Origin: an uncultured Gemmatimonadales bacterium
Lineage (GTDB): Bacteria > Gemmatimonadota > Gemmatimonadetes > Longimicrobiales > Gaopeijiaceae
DNA: 64,000 nucleotides
Direction of reading: 5' to 3'
NCBI GenBank assembly: GCA_963823035.1
Contig: CAWGKG010000010.1
Coordinates: forward strand, 412,071-476,070
The position numbers and the translations under genes were made by a program. Positions 39,021-48,188 of this stretch are shown one piece after another. The notes below the pieces were generated by a model that was not told the DNA's origin, searched no databases, and was given only the letters and a program-made list of their open reading frames with translations. The stretch's first letter is position 1, and every line of letters starts with the position of its first letter.

Positions 39021-39244
39021 CGCTCACTTCTCCTGGATGGGTGAACGCCGCCCTCGTCGTGCGGCTTCCGTTCGACGGCCCCATGCATCGCGCGGACGGC
39101 CCGAAGAGCCCAGGGCGGGGAAGGGAGCGGTCGACGGGGTGCAGCGAACGGCGTTCCGGGGGGGAGTGCTCGGTCCGTTCGGGCATTAGCTTGCCCCCGG
39201 GTAGCCTCCCTGGACCGACCCTCGCACGAACCATTGGAGCGCCG

Positions 39245-40427
39245 GTGCCCCTCCTCCCTCGACCGTACGACGAGCTTCGCCGACAAGCCGGCCTCTCGGC
39301 GCGCGTCGTGGTTCCCGCGCTCCTCGCCGTATGGCTCGTGCCCGGACTCCTCGCCTCGACCGAGACGGTCGTGTTCTGGCGCATGTCGGGGCTCGGTCAC
39401 CCGGCGTGGCGGGCCGTTGCGTCGGAGGCACCGCCTTGGCTCGTCTACGCGCTGCTCACGCCGATCGTGCTCCGCCTGGGCGAGTCGGTGCCGCTCTGGG
39501 GCCGGCCGCTCGTCCCGAGGATCCTGGCCCACCTGGTGTTCGCTCTGGCGGGGGGCGTCCTCTACGCCGCGGCGGCTACACTGTGCACGGTGGCCTTCTC
39601 GCCCGTGGTGCGCAGCATCGGGTTCGGCGCATTGCTGCTCTCGTGGTACTTGTCGGCACTCCCCCTGATCGTGCTCGTCTGGTTCGGCATCCTCGGCGTC
39701 GGGCGGGGGATCTACTGGTTCGCCCGGCACCGTCAGGGCCAGGTGGAGGCGGCGCGCCTTTCGGGCCAGCTCGCCGAGGCCAGGCTCAGCGCGCTGAGAA
39801 TGCAGCTCCATCCCCACTTCCTCTTCAACAGCCTGAACGCGCTCGGCGTGCTCGTGAGGGACGGCGACGTGGCGACCGCCGAGAAGGTGCTGGATCTCCT
39901 GAGCGGCCTGCTGCGGGACTCCCTCCGCATGTCGGGGCCGGCCCGGATCCCGCTCCTGGAGGAGGTGACGTTCCTTCGGCGGTATCTGGAGATCGAGGCG
40001 ATCCGCTTTCCGGATCGGCTGCGGGTCACCTGGGACGTGCCGGAGGAGCTGGAGGGAGCCCGCGTCCCGGCGCTCATCCTGCAGCCTCTCGTCGAGAACG
40101 CCCTGAGGCACGGCATCGCGCCGTCCGCCGACGTCGGGTCGCTTGACGATCACGGCACGTCGTGAAGGTGGAACGCTCGTGTTGGAGATCGAGGACGACG
40201 GCGTCGGCGTCGTTGCGCCCTCGGGCGGCGACGGGAAGGGCGTGATCCGCTCGGTGGATGGTGGCGGCGGGCTGGGGCTCGCGAACGTAAGGGAGCGCCT
40301 CGACGTCCTCTACGGTTCGGCGGCGACCCTGGACGTCACGCCCGCGCCGGTCCGGGGCACCCGCGCCCGCGTGGGCTTGCCCCTGGAGCTCGGGTCCGGC
40401 ACGAAGGAGGCCGGGGCCCTTGTCTGA
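39245..40427 (+). CDS. LytS/YehU-type membrane sensor histidine kinase (frameshift near 40143)
   Basis: Four TM segments, ALRMQLHPHFLFNSLN, YLEIEAIRF, LQPLVENALRHG. The second frame gives IEDDGVG and GLGLANVRERL. Confidence 0.88.
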
Positions 40428-41160
40428 GATCCGCGCCCTGATCGCCGACGACGAGCCGCTCGCGCGTCGCGGCGTCCGGCAGCTCCTCGCGCCGTTCGGG
40501 GGAATCCTGGTCGTGGGTGAGGCGCGGGACGGACGGGAGGCGGTGGAGCTCCTGCGGGCGCTCCGCCCCGATCTCCTCTTCCTCGACGTGCAGATGCCGG
40601 AGCTGGACGGTTTCGGCGTGCTCGAGCGGAGCCTGGTCCACGAGGTGCCCGCCGTCGTGTTCCTCACGGCGTACGAGCAGTTCGCGCTCGAAGCGTTCGA
40701 CGTGAACGCGGTGGACTACCTGCTCAAGCCGGTCAGCCGTGACCGGTTCGCGCGATGCATGGAGCGCGTGCGGGAGAGGCTCGAGCAATGGAGACTGAGA
40801 GGGGGCGACGGGGGGGCGTCGGCCGAGCGCTTTCCGACGGTGGTCGTATCCGTCAGGGGCGGCGAGCAAGTCCTGCGCCCCGAGGAGATCGACTGGATCG
40901 AGGCCGACGACTACTACGCCGCGGTGCACGTAGGACAGCGCCGGTACCTCTTGCGGGAGTCGCTGTCGTCCCTGGAGGCGCGCCTGCCGGAGGCGTCGTT
41001 TCTCAGGGTGCACCGTTCGGCTCTCGTGAACCTGACGCGCGTGCGTTCCTACGTGGAGGACGCGGGGGCGGGAGGACACCTCGTGCTTCGGGACGGCGTG
41101 CACGTCCCGGTGAGCCGGCGGCGGCGGACCGAGGTGGGGAGGCGTCTGCGGGGCGTGTGA
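40420..41160 (+). CDS. LytTR family response regulator
   Basis: ADDEPLAR, FLDVQMP, IDWIEADDYY, FLRVHRSALVN, VSRR. Confidence 0.94.
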   Translation: MSEIRALIADDEPLARRGVRQLLAPFGGILVVGEARDGREAVELLRALRPDLLFLDVQMPELDGFGVLERSLVHEVPAVVFLTAYEQFALEAFDVNAVDYLLKPVSRDRFARCMERVRERLEQWRLRGGDGGASAERFPTVVVSVRGGEQVLRPEEIDWIEADDYYAAVHVGQRRYLLRESLSSLEARLPEASFLRVHRSALVNLTRVRSYVEDAGAGGHLVLRDGVHVPVSRRRRTEVGRRLRGV

Positions 41161-41166
41161 CCGGCG

Positions 41167-43881
41167 TCACTCCTCCCGGAGGGACCGAGCGGGATCGACG
41201 CGCCCGGCGCGGCGCGCGGGCCCGTACGAGGCCAGCGCCGCGACCACGACCGTAGCGACCAGGACGCCGGCGTAGGCCAGGGGATCCGTGGGCGCGACCT
41301 CGAAGAGCATGTCGGCCAGCACCCGGCTCCCGTACCACGCCACGGCAATCCCCACCACCGCCCCGGCCACCACCAGCCTCAGGCTCCGGCCCAGGACGCC
41401 GCGCACCACCGTGCCGCGGGCGGCGCCGAGGGCCAGACGAATGCCCATCTCCCGCGTCCGTCGAGCCACCGCCAGCGCCATCACGGCATAGAGGCCCACC
41501 ATGGCGAGCAGGCCCGTGAGCCCCGCGAAGCTCGCCAGGAGGAGCATGCGGAAGCGATACGCCGCGGCGGCCTCCGCCACGTGGGAGGAGAGCGAGCGCA
41601 CGGTGCGCACCGGCACCGTCGCGTCGATGTCCCACACGGCCCCGCGGATCGCTCCCGCGAGGTCGGGTACCGGGCCGTCCGTGCGCACCACCAGGTACTG
41701 GAATCCCCACGGAAGCTGGGCGTGGGGGCGATAGTACTCGGGCTCCGGGCCGCGATTCAGCGACGCGCGCCGCACGTCGCCCGCGACCCCCACGACGGTG
41801 AAGGGCTCCCGCGGGAAGTAGGCGCGGTCGAAGGAGTCGAGGCTTCCCGTGATCCCGCCCGTGAGCACGAAACGCTTCCCCAGAGGGTCCTGGTCCGGCC
41901 AGAGGCGTCGAGCCATGGCCTCACTCACGACCGCCACCATCGGCTCGCCCAGCCGGTCCATGGGCGTGAACCCTCTTCCCCTCAGGATCGGCACGCCGTT
42001 GGTCTCGAAGTACCCGTCGCCGACCACCACCGAACCCACCCAGATGCGATGCTCGCGATCCTCCTCGGTGCCCTCGGCCACGACCGACGTGTTGAAGTCG
42101 TTCCCGACGAGGGGAGGCGAGTAGGTCGTCGACGCCGCGGCCACACCGGGGATGCGGCGCACCGACTCGAGGAGGTGCGCATAGAAGGCCTCGACGTCCG
42201 CCGCTGTCGCGTAGCGATGCTCGTCCGGCGAGACGGTGGCGAGCGTCACGGAGTCCACCTGGAACCCCAGCTTCACGCGCATCAGGCGAGCGAAGCTCGT
42301 CGCGAGGAGGGTGGCACCGGCGAGGAGCACCACGGCCACGGCCACCTGGATGGACACGAGGAGCTGCTGCGGCCGTAGGGCGCGATGCCCCGCGCTGGCG
42401 CCCCGACCACCGGCCAGCGCCGCGCCGGCCGGACTCCCGGACGAGCGCAGGGCGGGGAAGAGCCCGAAGAGGAGGCCGCTGGCCAACGTGGCCGAGGCGG
42501 CGAACAGGAGGGTGGGGACGTCGAGCGCGATCGCGTCCAGGCGGGGCACCCCCGGTGGGGCCAAGCGCACCAGAGCGCGCTGCAGCCCCCACGCGAGCAA
42601 CGTGCCGATGGACCCCGCCCCCAGGGAAAGCAGGAGGCTCTCGGCCATGAGCTGGCGGAGGAGGCGGCTTCGGGGGGCGCCGAGCGCCGTGCGTACCGCC
42701 AGCTCCCGCGAGCGCGCCGCCGACCGGCTGAGTGCCAGGCCCGCGACGTTCACGGTGGCCACGAGAAGCACGAGCCCCGCCGCGGCGAGAAGGAGGAGGA
42801 GGGTGGCGCGGACGTCGCCCACGAGGTCGTCGAGGAGCGGCACGACGGCGGTCGACAGGAAGCGCTCCGGCGGCTTTCCTGCGGCCTCGTCCACGATCCG
42901 CACGAGCTGCTGGAGGCGGAGGGCGGCTTCTTCGCGCGTGACGCCGTCGACCAGCCTGCCTGTCATGCTGACGAAGCCGAGGCCACGCCCCCCCGTGGGG
43001 AGCCCCACGGTCGCGAGGAGCTCGTCGTCCTGCAGGGGCTCCCAATAGCGGATGCCCGCGTACGGCGCCTCGAAGCCGGCGGGCATGACGCCCACCACGG
43101 GCACGGCGGCACCGCCGAGCGGCACGGTGCGGTCCAGGATGGTGGGGTCGGCGCCGAAGCGCTCCGTCCACAGCCCGTGGGAGAGGATCACGGCGTCAGG
43201 GCCGTCGATCCGATCCTCCTCCTCGGTGAAGGTGCGGCCCAGCAGGGGCGGCACACCCATGACCCGGAAGAAGCCCCGCGTGACGCGGGCGCCGGTCAGG
43301 GCCTCGGCGCCTCCTTCCCAGGTGAACGTGCCCTGGGCCTCGGCGTATCCGGCCAGATGGAGGAAGTTCTCGGCGCCCTCCCGCCAGTCCCGGAAGTCCG
43401 GCCACGACACGTCGTCGGTGTCCGCGTCGTGGGGGGTCACGCGCACCAGCGCCTCGGCGTCCGGGTAGGGCAGTGGCCGGAGCACGACGCCCTCGACGAC
43501 CGAGTAGACGGCGGTGGCCGCGCCGATCCCCAGCGCGAGCGTCGCCACGGCCATGGCGGTGAAGAGCGGCGCGCCCGCGAGGGCGCGGAGCGCGTGCCGA
43601 ACGTCCGTCCCCAAACATGCCATCATCTTCTCCTCCCCTCCCGTCACGGTGTTCGGCGAACGCGGGGAGAGGTGCTCCCCCCTCCGCGCTCTCCAGCGGA
43701 CTCCCAAGCCCCTCAGGGCCGCGTCCCGCACGAGCGTCGCGTGCAGAAGCAGCCGCCCCAGTGGCCCCCCATAGCGCACCTCCCCGGCCTGCGCCCGCCA
43801 GAACGCCAGCATCTCGTCGCCGTAGTCCGCGCGGAAGCGGCGGGGGAAGCAACGCAGGAGAACGCGGAGCCAGGTGTCCAC
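41167..43881 (-). CDS. ADOP-type duplicated ABC permease (MacB/FtsX domains)
   Basis: TLALGIGAATAVYSVV, RELAVRTALGA, RTREMGIRLALGA, PARRAGRVDP..LREE; PadR gene upstream. Confidence 0.92.
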   Translation of the reverse strand: MDTWLRVLLRCFPRRFRADYGDEMLAFWRAQAGEVRYGGPLGRLLLHATLVRDAALRGLGVRWRARRGEHLSPRSPNTVTGGEEKMMACLGTDVRHALRALAGAPLFTAMAVATLALGIGAATAVYSVVEGVVLRPLPYPDAEALVRVTPHDADTDDVSWPDFRDWREGAENFLHLAGYAEAQGTFTWEGGAEALTGARVTRGFFRVMGVPPLLGRTFTEEEDRIDGPDAVILSHGLWTERFGADPTILDRTVPLGGAAVPVVGVMPAGFEAPYAGIRYWEPLQDDELLATVGLPTGGRGLGFVSMTGRLVDGVTREEAALRLQQLVRIVDEAAGKPPERFLSTAVVPLLDDLVGDVRATLLLLLAAAGLVLLVATVNVAGLALSRSAARSRELAVRTALGAPRSRLLRQLMAESLLLSLGAGSIGTLLAWGLQRALVRLAPPGVPRLDAIALDVPTLLFAASATLASGLLFGLFPALRSSGSPAGAALAGGRGASAGHRALRPQQLLVSIQVAVAVVLLAGATLLATSFARLMRVKLGFQVDSVTLATVSPDEHRYATAADVEAFYAHLLESVRRIPGVAAASTTYSPPLVGNDFNTSVVAEGTEEDREHRIWVGSVVVGDGYFETNGVPILRGRGFTPMDRLGEPMVAVVSEAMARRLWPDQDPLGKRFVLTGGITGSLDSFDRAYFPREPFTVVGVAGDVRRASLNRGPEPEYYRPHAQLPWGFQYLVVRTDGPVPDLAGAIRGAVWDIDATVPVRTVRSLSSHVAEAAAAYRFRMLLLASFAGLTGLLAMVGLYAVMALAVARRTREMGIRLALGAARGTVVRGVLGRSLRLVVAGAVVGIAVAWYGSRVLADMLFEVAPTDPLAYAGVLVATVVVAALASYGPARRAGRVDPARSLREE

Positions 43882-43892
43882 GAAGTCTTCCC

Positions 43893-44246
43893 CTACCCGA
43901 GCGTCTGGAGCTTGGCGCGAGCCGCAGCCACGTCGGCCTCGAGCCGCGCGACCTCGAGCGCCAGCACGCGCCGCCCCAGCGCCGTGGCCCGGTAGAAGCG
44001 CCAACGCGAGCTGGCTCCGGTCGCCGATGCGGGAGTGTCCGTCTCTTCCGCCAGGCCGTCCCGCTGGAGGCGCTGCAGCGTCTCGTAGAGCGTCCCGGCC
44101 GCCAGGAGGATGGCGCCATCCGTGCGTTCTTCCACTTCCTGGCGAACGCCGTAGCCGTGGACCGGGCCGTCGCTCAGGCTCAAGAGGATGTGGAACCAGG
44201 CGGGCTTGAGCGGGATGTGCCGACCGGGGTCGGAGGATGCGGACAC
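43893..44246 (-). CDS. PadR family transcriptional regulator
   Basis: ILLSLSDGPVHGYGV, GTLYETLQRL, RFYRATALGR. Confidence 0.92.
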   Translation of the reverse strand: MSASSDPGRHIPLKPAWFHILLSLSDGPVHGYGVRQEVEERTDGAILLAAGTLYETLQRLQRDGLAEETDTPASATGASSRWRFYRATALGRRVLALEVARLEADVAAARAKLQTLG

Positions 44247-44267
44247 GGAAGCTCCCGGGGATGTCGG

Positions 44268-44294
44268 AATCCGATTATCGGATTACGATAATCG
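44268..44294. promoter_or_regulatory. Overlapping palindromes upstream of padR (candidate operator)
   Basis: AATCCGAT-T-ATCGGATT (44268-44284) and CGATTATCG-N5-CGATAATCG (44272-44294). Confidence 0.55.
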
Positions 44295-44325
44295 ACGCGA
44301 CGCCCGGTGTCGAGAGGGCCGTTCG

Positions 44326-44982
44326 TCAGGTGGTACCGCGCCGCGCGCGTCTCCGATGTCGTCGGACCTTCGCGAGGTTGCCGCACACCGCCATGTCGCA
44401 CCAGCGCCTCCGGCCCCCGCGGCTGGCATCCAGGAACAGCCAGCCGCAGTTGTCACCCGGGCACTGGCCCACCCTGTCGAGCGCGGACGAGGTGAGGAGG
44501 CTCTCGGCGGAGCGCACGACCCGCCAAAGCGGGTACGCCAGCTCGTCGCCACGCCACGCCAGCTCCGGGCGAAGGCCGTCCCAGACGAGCTCCTCGGAGG
44601 CGCGGAGCGCTGCGGTCTCCTGGTTGAGACGCTGCACGTCCGTTGCCGGCGGCGTCCATCCTTCGACCACGGCCTTGAAGATCCGGTAGAGCGCTTCCCG
44701 CAGCGCGACCGCGTGTGAGAGAGCGCGGCCGGAGGCCTCCGCGGACGCGTCGCTCGCGCTGCGCAGACGTTCGACCAGCGCGCGGTCGAGGAGCTTCGCA
44801 TGCGCCGCCCAATCGGTCAGGTCGCTCCAGGAGCCGAGCCGCTCGACGAGGATCCGATCGCCGTAGTCGTGACCCTCGAGCAGGCGTCCCGACGCGACAC
44901 GCCCGCTCACCGTGTTGACGAAGTCCAGGCACGGCGCACCCGCGATGAGCTTGTGGGGATACCGCGTGGTGGGGGCGACCAT
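44326..44982 (-). CDS. ABATE domain / CGNR zinc finger protein
   Basis: CLDFVNT and CPGDNCGWLFLDASRGGRRRWCDMAVCGNLAKVRRHR. Confidence 0.93.
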   Translation of the reverse strand: MVAPTTRYPHKLIAGAPCLDFVNTVSGRVASGRLLEGHDYGDRILVERLGSWSDLTDWAAHAKLLDRALVERLRSASDASAEASGRALSHAVALREALYRIFKAVVEGWTPPATDVQRLNQETAALRASEELVWDGLRPELAWRGDELAYPLWRVVRSAESLLTSSALDRVGQCPGDNCGWLFLDASRGGRRRWCDMAVCGNLAKVRRHRRRARRGTT

Positions 44983-45005
44983 CTCGGTCCGTCCAGAGAA
45001 GGGAA

Positions 45006-45036
45006 GTAACCTGTAGAGTACACCTTGGCAGGTTAC
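45006..45036. promoter_or_regulatory. Inverted repeat upstream of the CGNR gene (candidate operator)
   Basis: GTAACCTG-N15-CAGGTTAC, 24 nt upstream of the ATG in an AT-richer patch. Confidence 0.55.
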
Positions 45037-45133
45037 CCTCGCCAGTTCGGCCACCCCGCCCGTGGGAAGAGCCAAGCGGCCTCCACCCCGAAGGATGGAG
45101 GCCGCCGACCCACCGGGCGCGGAGCCCGGGCCG

Positions 45134-47067
45134 CTAGAAGACGATCGTCCCGAGCCGGGTCCCGGACATGCTCGTCGCACCGTCGAGATAGGGCAGACCG
45201 CTGCCGTCGCCGCCGGTCCCCGTCCATCCGCTGGCTCCGAAGGACCACGTCACCTGCACGCCCGAGGAGAGCGCCCATGCGGGGTCCCAGCTCCCCACGC
45301 CCGTGAAGTCGGGCATCGCGACATCGAAGTCGGAGGCGCCGGCCAGGTAGCCGGACGAGGCGCTGATGAGCAGCGACCTCCCGCTCGCGCCGTTCACCTG
45401 GGACGCGGCCCACGAGAAGAAGTCGCCGTACCCTGTCTGGACCGTGTATTGGATCCGGGGCATGACGTACGGTGTTGCGGCCGCCGTCGACACCGTGACC
45501 GTGCCCAACGCCGGCCCGAGCGCCAGCGTCTGGTCGGCCGCGGCGTTGAAGAACTTGACCGCGGTGCGGGTCGTGGTCGGCTGCATGACGCCGGAGTCCC
45601 ACGCGGAGACCGTGAGGACGTTGAGGTCACCGGTCTCCACCTCGCTCGACGGCACGGCCTTGAACGTCCGGCTCGCCGACGCGCTCATGGAGGTCTCCGC
45701 GTAGAGGGTGCCGGTCGCGCCCGAGGGAGTGAAGAACGACTCCGTGACCTGGGCGCCGTCGCCACCGAGGTTGTCGATGGTCAGGTTCTGGTCGACCGGC
45801 GTGAACGCCTCCGCGGCCTCGAAGTCGAGCACGGGGAGCGTGCTGCCGTCCGCCGGATCGAGACCGCGGCGGATGATGCCCTTGTTGAACTCGATGCCGA
45901 CCGACGTGCCGCTGATCGTCAGGGTGGAGCGGCTGGCGATCAGGTCCACCATGCCGTCGGGGACGTCCATGAGCTGGAAGCTCGTGCCCGTGGCCCCCAG
46001 GAGCGAGGTGGTCGCCCCGCCCAGGCTGACGTACGCCTGGTCCGTCGCGCCCACGTTCGCGACCGTGCCGTTCACGGTCTTCCCGGTGCCGGCCGCGCCG
46101 CACAGGCCCGCGCCCTGCAGGTCGAGCTCCTGCTGCGTACCGAACCGGATCTGCGTGGTCGCCTCACCGGTGGGCTCCACCGTGAACGCGACGCCTCCGC
46201 GTCCGGAGAGGATGTCGAAGGCGTACTTGTTTTCGGCGTCCGGGAGGACCTCCGTCCACGCGCCGGTGCCGTCCTGGTAGGCGAACCAGGCGGGGAGGCC
46301 GCTCAGCGGGCAGAACTGCCAGACGGTGTTGCCGCTGCCGGTGGTCGGAACGGTCACGGTGAGCGCGAGCGTGGCCGTTCCGTCGGCGAGCCCACTGGCG
46401 CTTCCCGTCACTGTCAGCGTGTAGTCGCCCGCCGTCGCGGAGCCGCCGACCGTCACGGTGAGCGTGGCGCTGTTCCCGCTGGTGCTGGCCGGATCCACGA
46501 CGGCCGTCACACCGGAGGGGGCGCCGGTCACGGCGAGCGCGACCGCGCCGGTGAAGTCCGTGCGGGCGATGTCGATCGAAGCCGTCCCGTCCGCGCCGGT
46601 CTGGATGGTGAGCGAGGCCGGGGCGAGAGAGAGCGTGAAGCTCCCGGTGGGCGAGACCTCCGTCACGGTGAGGGAGAGGGTGGCGGTCGCGTCGGACACG
46701 CCGGTTCCGCTGGCCTTGACCGTCAGCGAGTAGCTGCCGCCCGCGACGCTGCCGCCCACACTCACGGAGATCGTGCTCGAAGTGCTCCCCGAGGCGACCG
46801 AGGAGGGAGTCGCCGTAGCCGTGACGCCGGAGGGTGCGCCCGCCACCGACACGGAGACCGCGCCGCTGAAGCCACCGCTCCGGCCGACGGTGGCCGTCAC
46901 CGTCCCGTCCTCGCCCTGCTCCAGCGAGAGCGAACTCGCCGAGAGGGAGACCGAGATCGAGCCTGATCCGCCGCCGTCCGGCGACGTGGAGTCCTTCTTG
47001 CACGCCGATACCAGCAGCAGGCCGCGACCATCGCCAGCGGCCACAATCCGGTCCTCGCGTTCACCAT
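45134..47067 (-). CDS. Ser/Thr/Gly-rich lipoprotein with two Ig-like repeats (frameshift in the signal peptide near 47022)
   Basis: Joining frames gives MVNARTGLWPLAMVA/GLLLVSA-CKKD (lipobox). Two ~100-aa repeats share GAPSGVTA..GxYxLTV..TATLxLTVT. Confidence 0.75.
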
Positions 47068-47327
47068 TGCGTCGCGTCTCCTGTCATCCGGGAAGGTCGG
47101 CCGGGCCGTCCGCGCTGGGCGCCGACGAGCGGTCGCAGGGGATCGCCCCTCACGCATTGCGCGAAGATCCGGCCGGGTCCGTCACCGCCTCGTTGCGGAT
47201 GCCGCGGGGGCGTCGGACCCCTGCACCCGTAGCGGGATCGTGCCAGACGAGGCGTCCGCCTATGTTGAGCGCATGGCGAAGACCTCCGAGCTGCGAGCGC
47301 CCCGACGGAGACCCCGAGCTCCAGAAG

Positions 47328-47345
47328 TGGTGGGCGTGGAAGGAC
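47328..47345 (-). repeat. tRNA 3'-end-like 18-mer
   Basis: Minus strand GTCCTTCCACGCCCACCA has the layout T-stem + acceptor strand + discriminator + CCA. Confidence 0.4.
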
Positions 47346-47468
47346 GCGGCCCGTCCCCCACTGCACCTCCTGCGGCGTGCGGCGGCTGGAGCTGTCCGGT
47401 CCTCACTGAGCCGCCGGCCGATCCGGGGGACTGCTGCGACGCGCCCCGCTCCCGATTATCTTTTGCCG

Positions 47469-48188
47469 ATGCCCGAAGCGAGCTTGACCCTCGACATCCT
47501 CCCACAGCCGGACGACAGCACCTGTGGGCCCACCTGTCTCCACGCCGTGTACGGCTTCTACGGGGACGGGATGGACCTGTCGCAGGTGGTTCGCGAGGTC
47601 ACGGTCCTGGATACAGGGGGCACGCTGGGGGTCTTCCTGGGGACCCACGCGCTGCGCCGTGGCTACGATGCCACGCTCTATACGTACAACCTCGACATCT
47701 TCGATCCCACCTGGTTCGATCGCGACCCGAGCGATCTCCCGGGGCTGCTGGAGAGACAGGCGGCGCGCAAGCCCAGGGTCCGACTCGGTGTCGCGACCGC
47801 CGCGTACCGGGAGTTCCTCTCCCGCGGCGGTCGGGTCCGCTTCGAGGAGCTTCGCCCCGATCTGATGCGCCGCCACCTCACCGAGGGGCATCCGGTCCTC
47901 ACCGGTCTGTCGGCGACCTACCTGTACCGCTGCGCGCGCGAAGTCGAGCGCGCGGGACGGCTCGAATACGACTCCATCGAAGGCGAGCCCATGGGTCACT
48001 TCGTCGTCGTGCACGGCTACGATGCCTCGACGGACTCGGTCATGGTCGCCGACCCCCTCCACGAGAACGCGTTCGGGTCCCACAACTACCGGGTCGGTCT
48101 GGTCCGTCTGCTCGGCGCGATCTTGTTGGGCGTGCTGACCTACGACGGGAACCTCCTGGTGGTCACACCGAGGAGGGTCGACGGGTGA
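47469..48188 (+). CDS. Peptidase C39-like (papain-fold) protein
   Basis: QPDDSTCGPTCL (Q..C), GHFVVVHGYD, VADP (Cys-His-Asp triad). Confidence 0.85.
   Translation: MPEASLTLDILPQPDDSTCGPTCLHAVYGFYGDGMDLSQVVREVTVLDTGGTLGVFLGTHALRRGYDATLYTYNLDIFDPTWFDRDPSDLPGLLERQAARKPRVRLGVATAAYREFLSRGGRVRFEELRPDLMRRHLTEGHPVLTGLSATYLYRCAREVERAGRLEYDSIEGEPMGHFVVVHGYDASTDSVMVADPLHENAFGSHNYRVGLVRLLGAILLGVLTYDGNLLVVTPRRVDG

Noticed and set aside
47231..47245. TGGCACGATCCCGCT (minus strand) as a sigma54 promoter for the lipoprotein
   Set aside because: GG-GC spacing is 9 rather than 10 and the TT is missing; only an indel error would rescue it.
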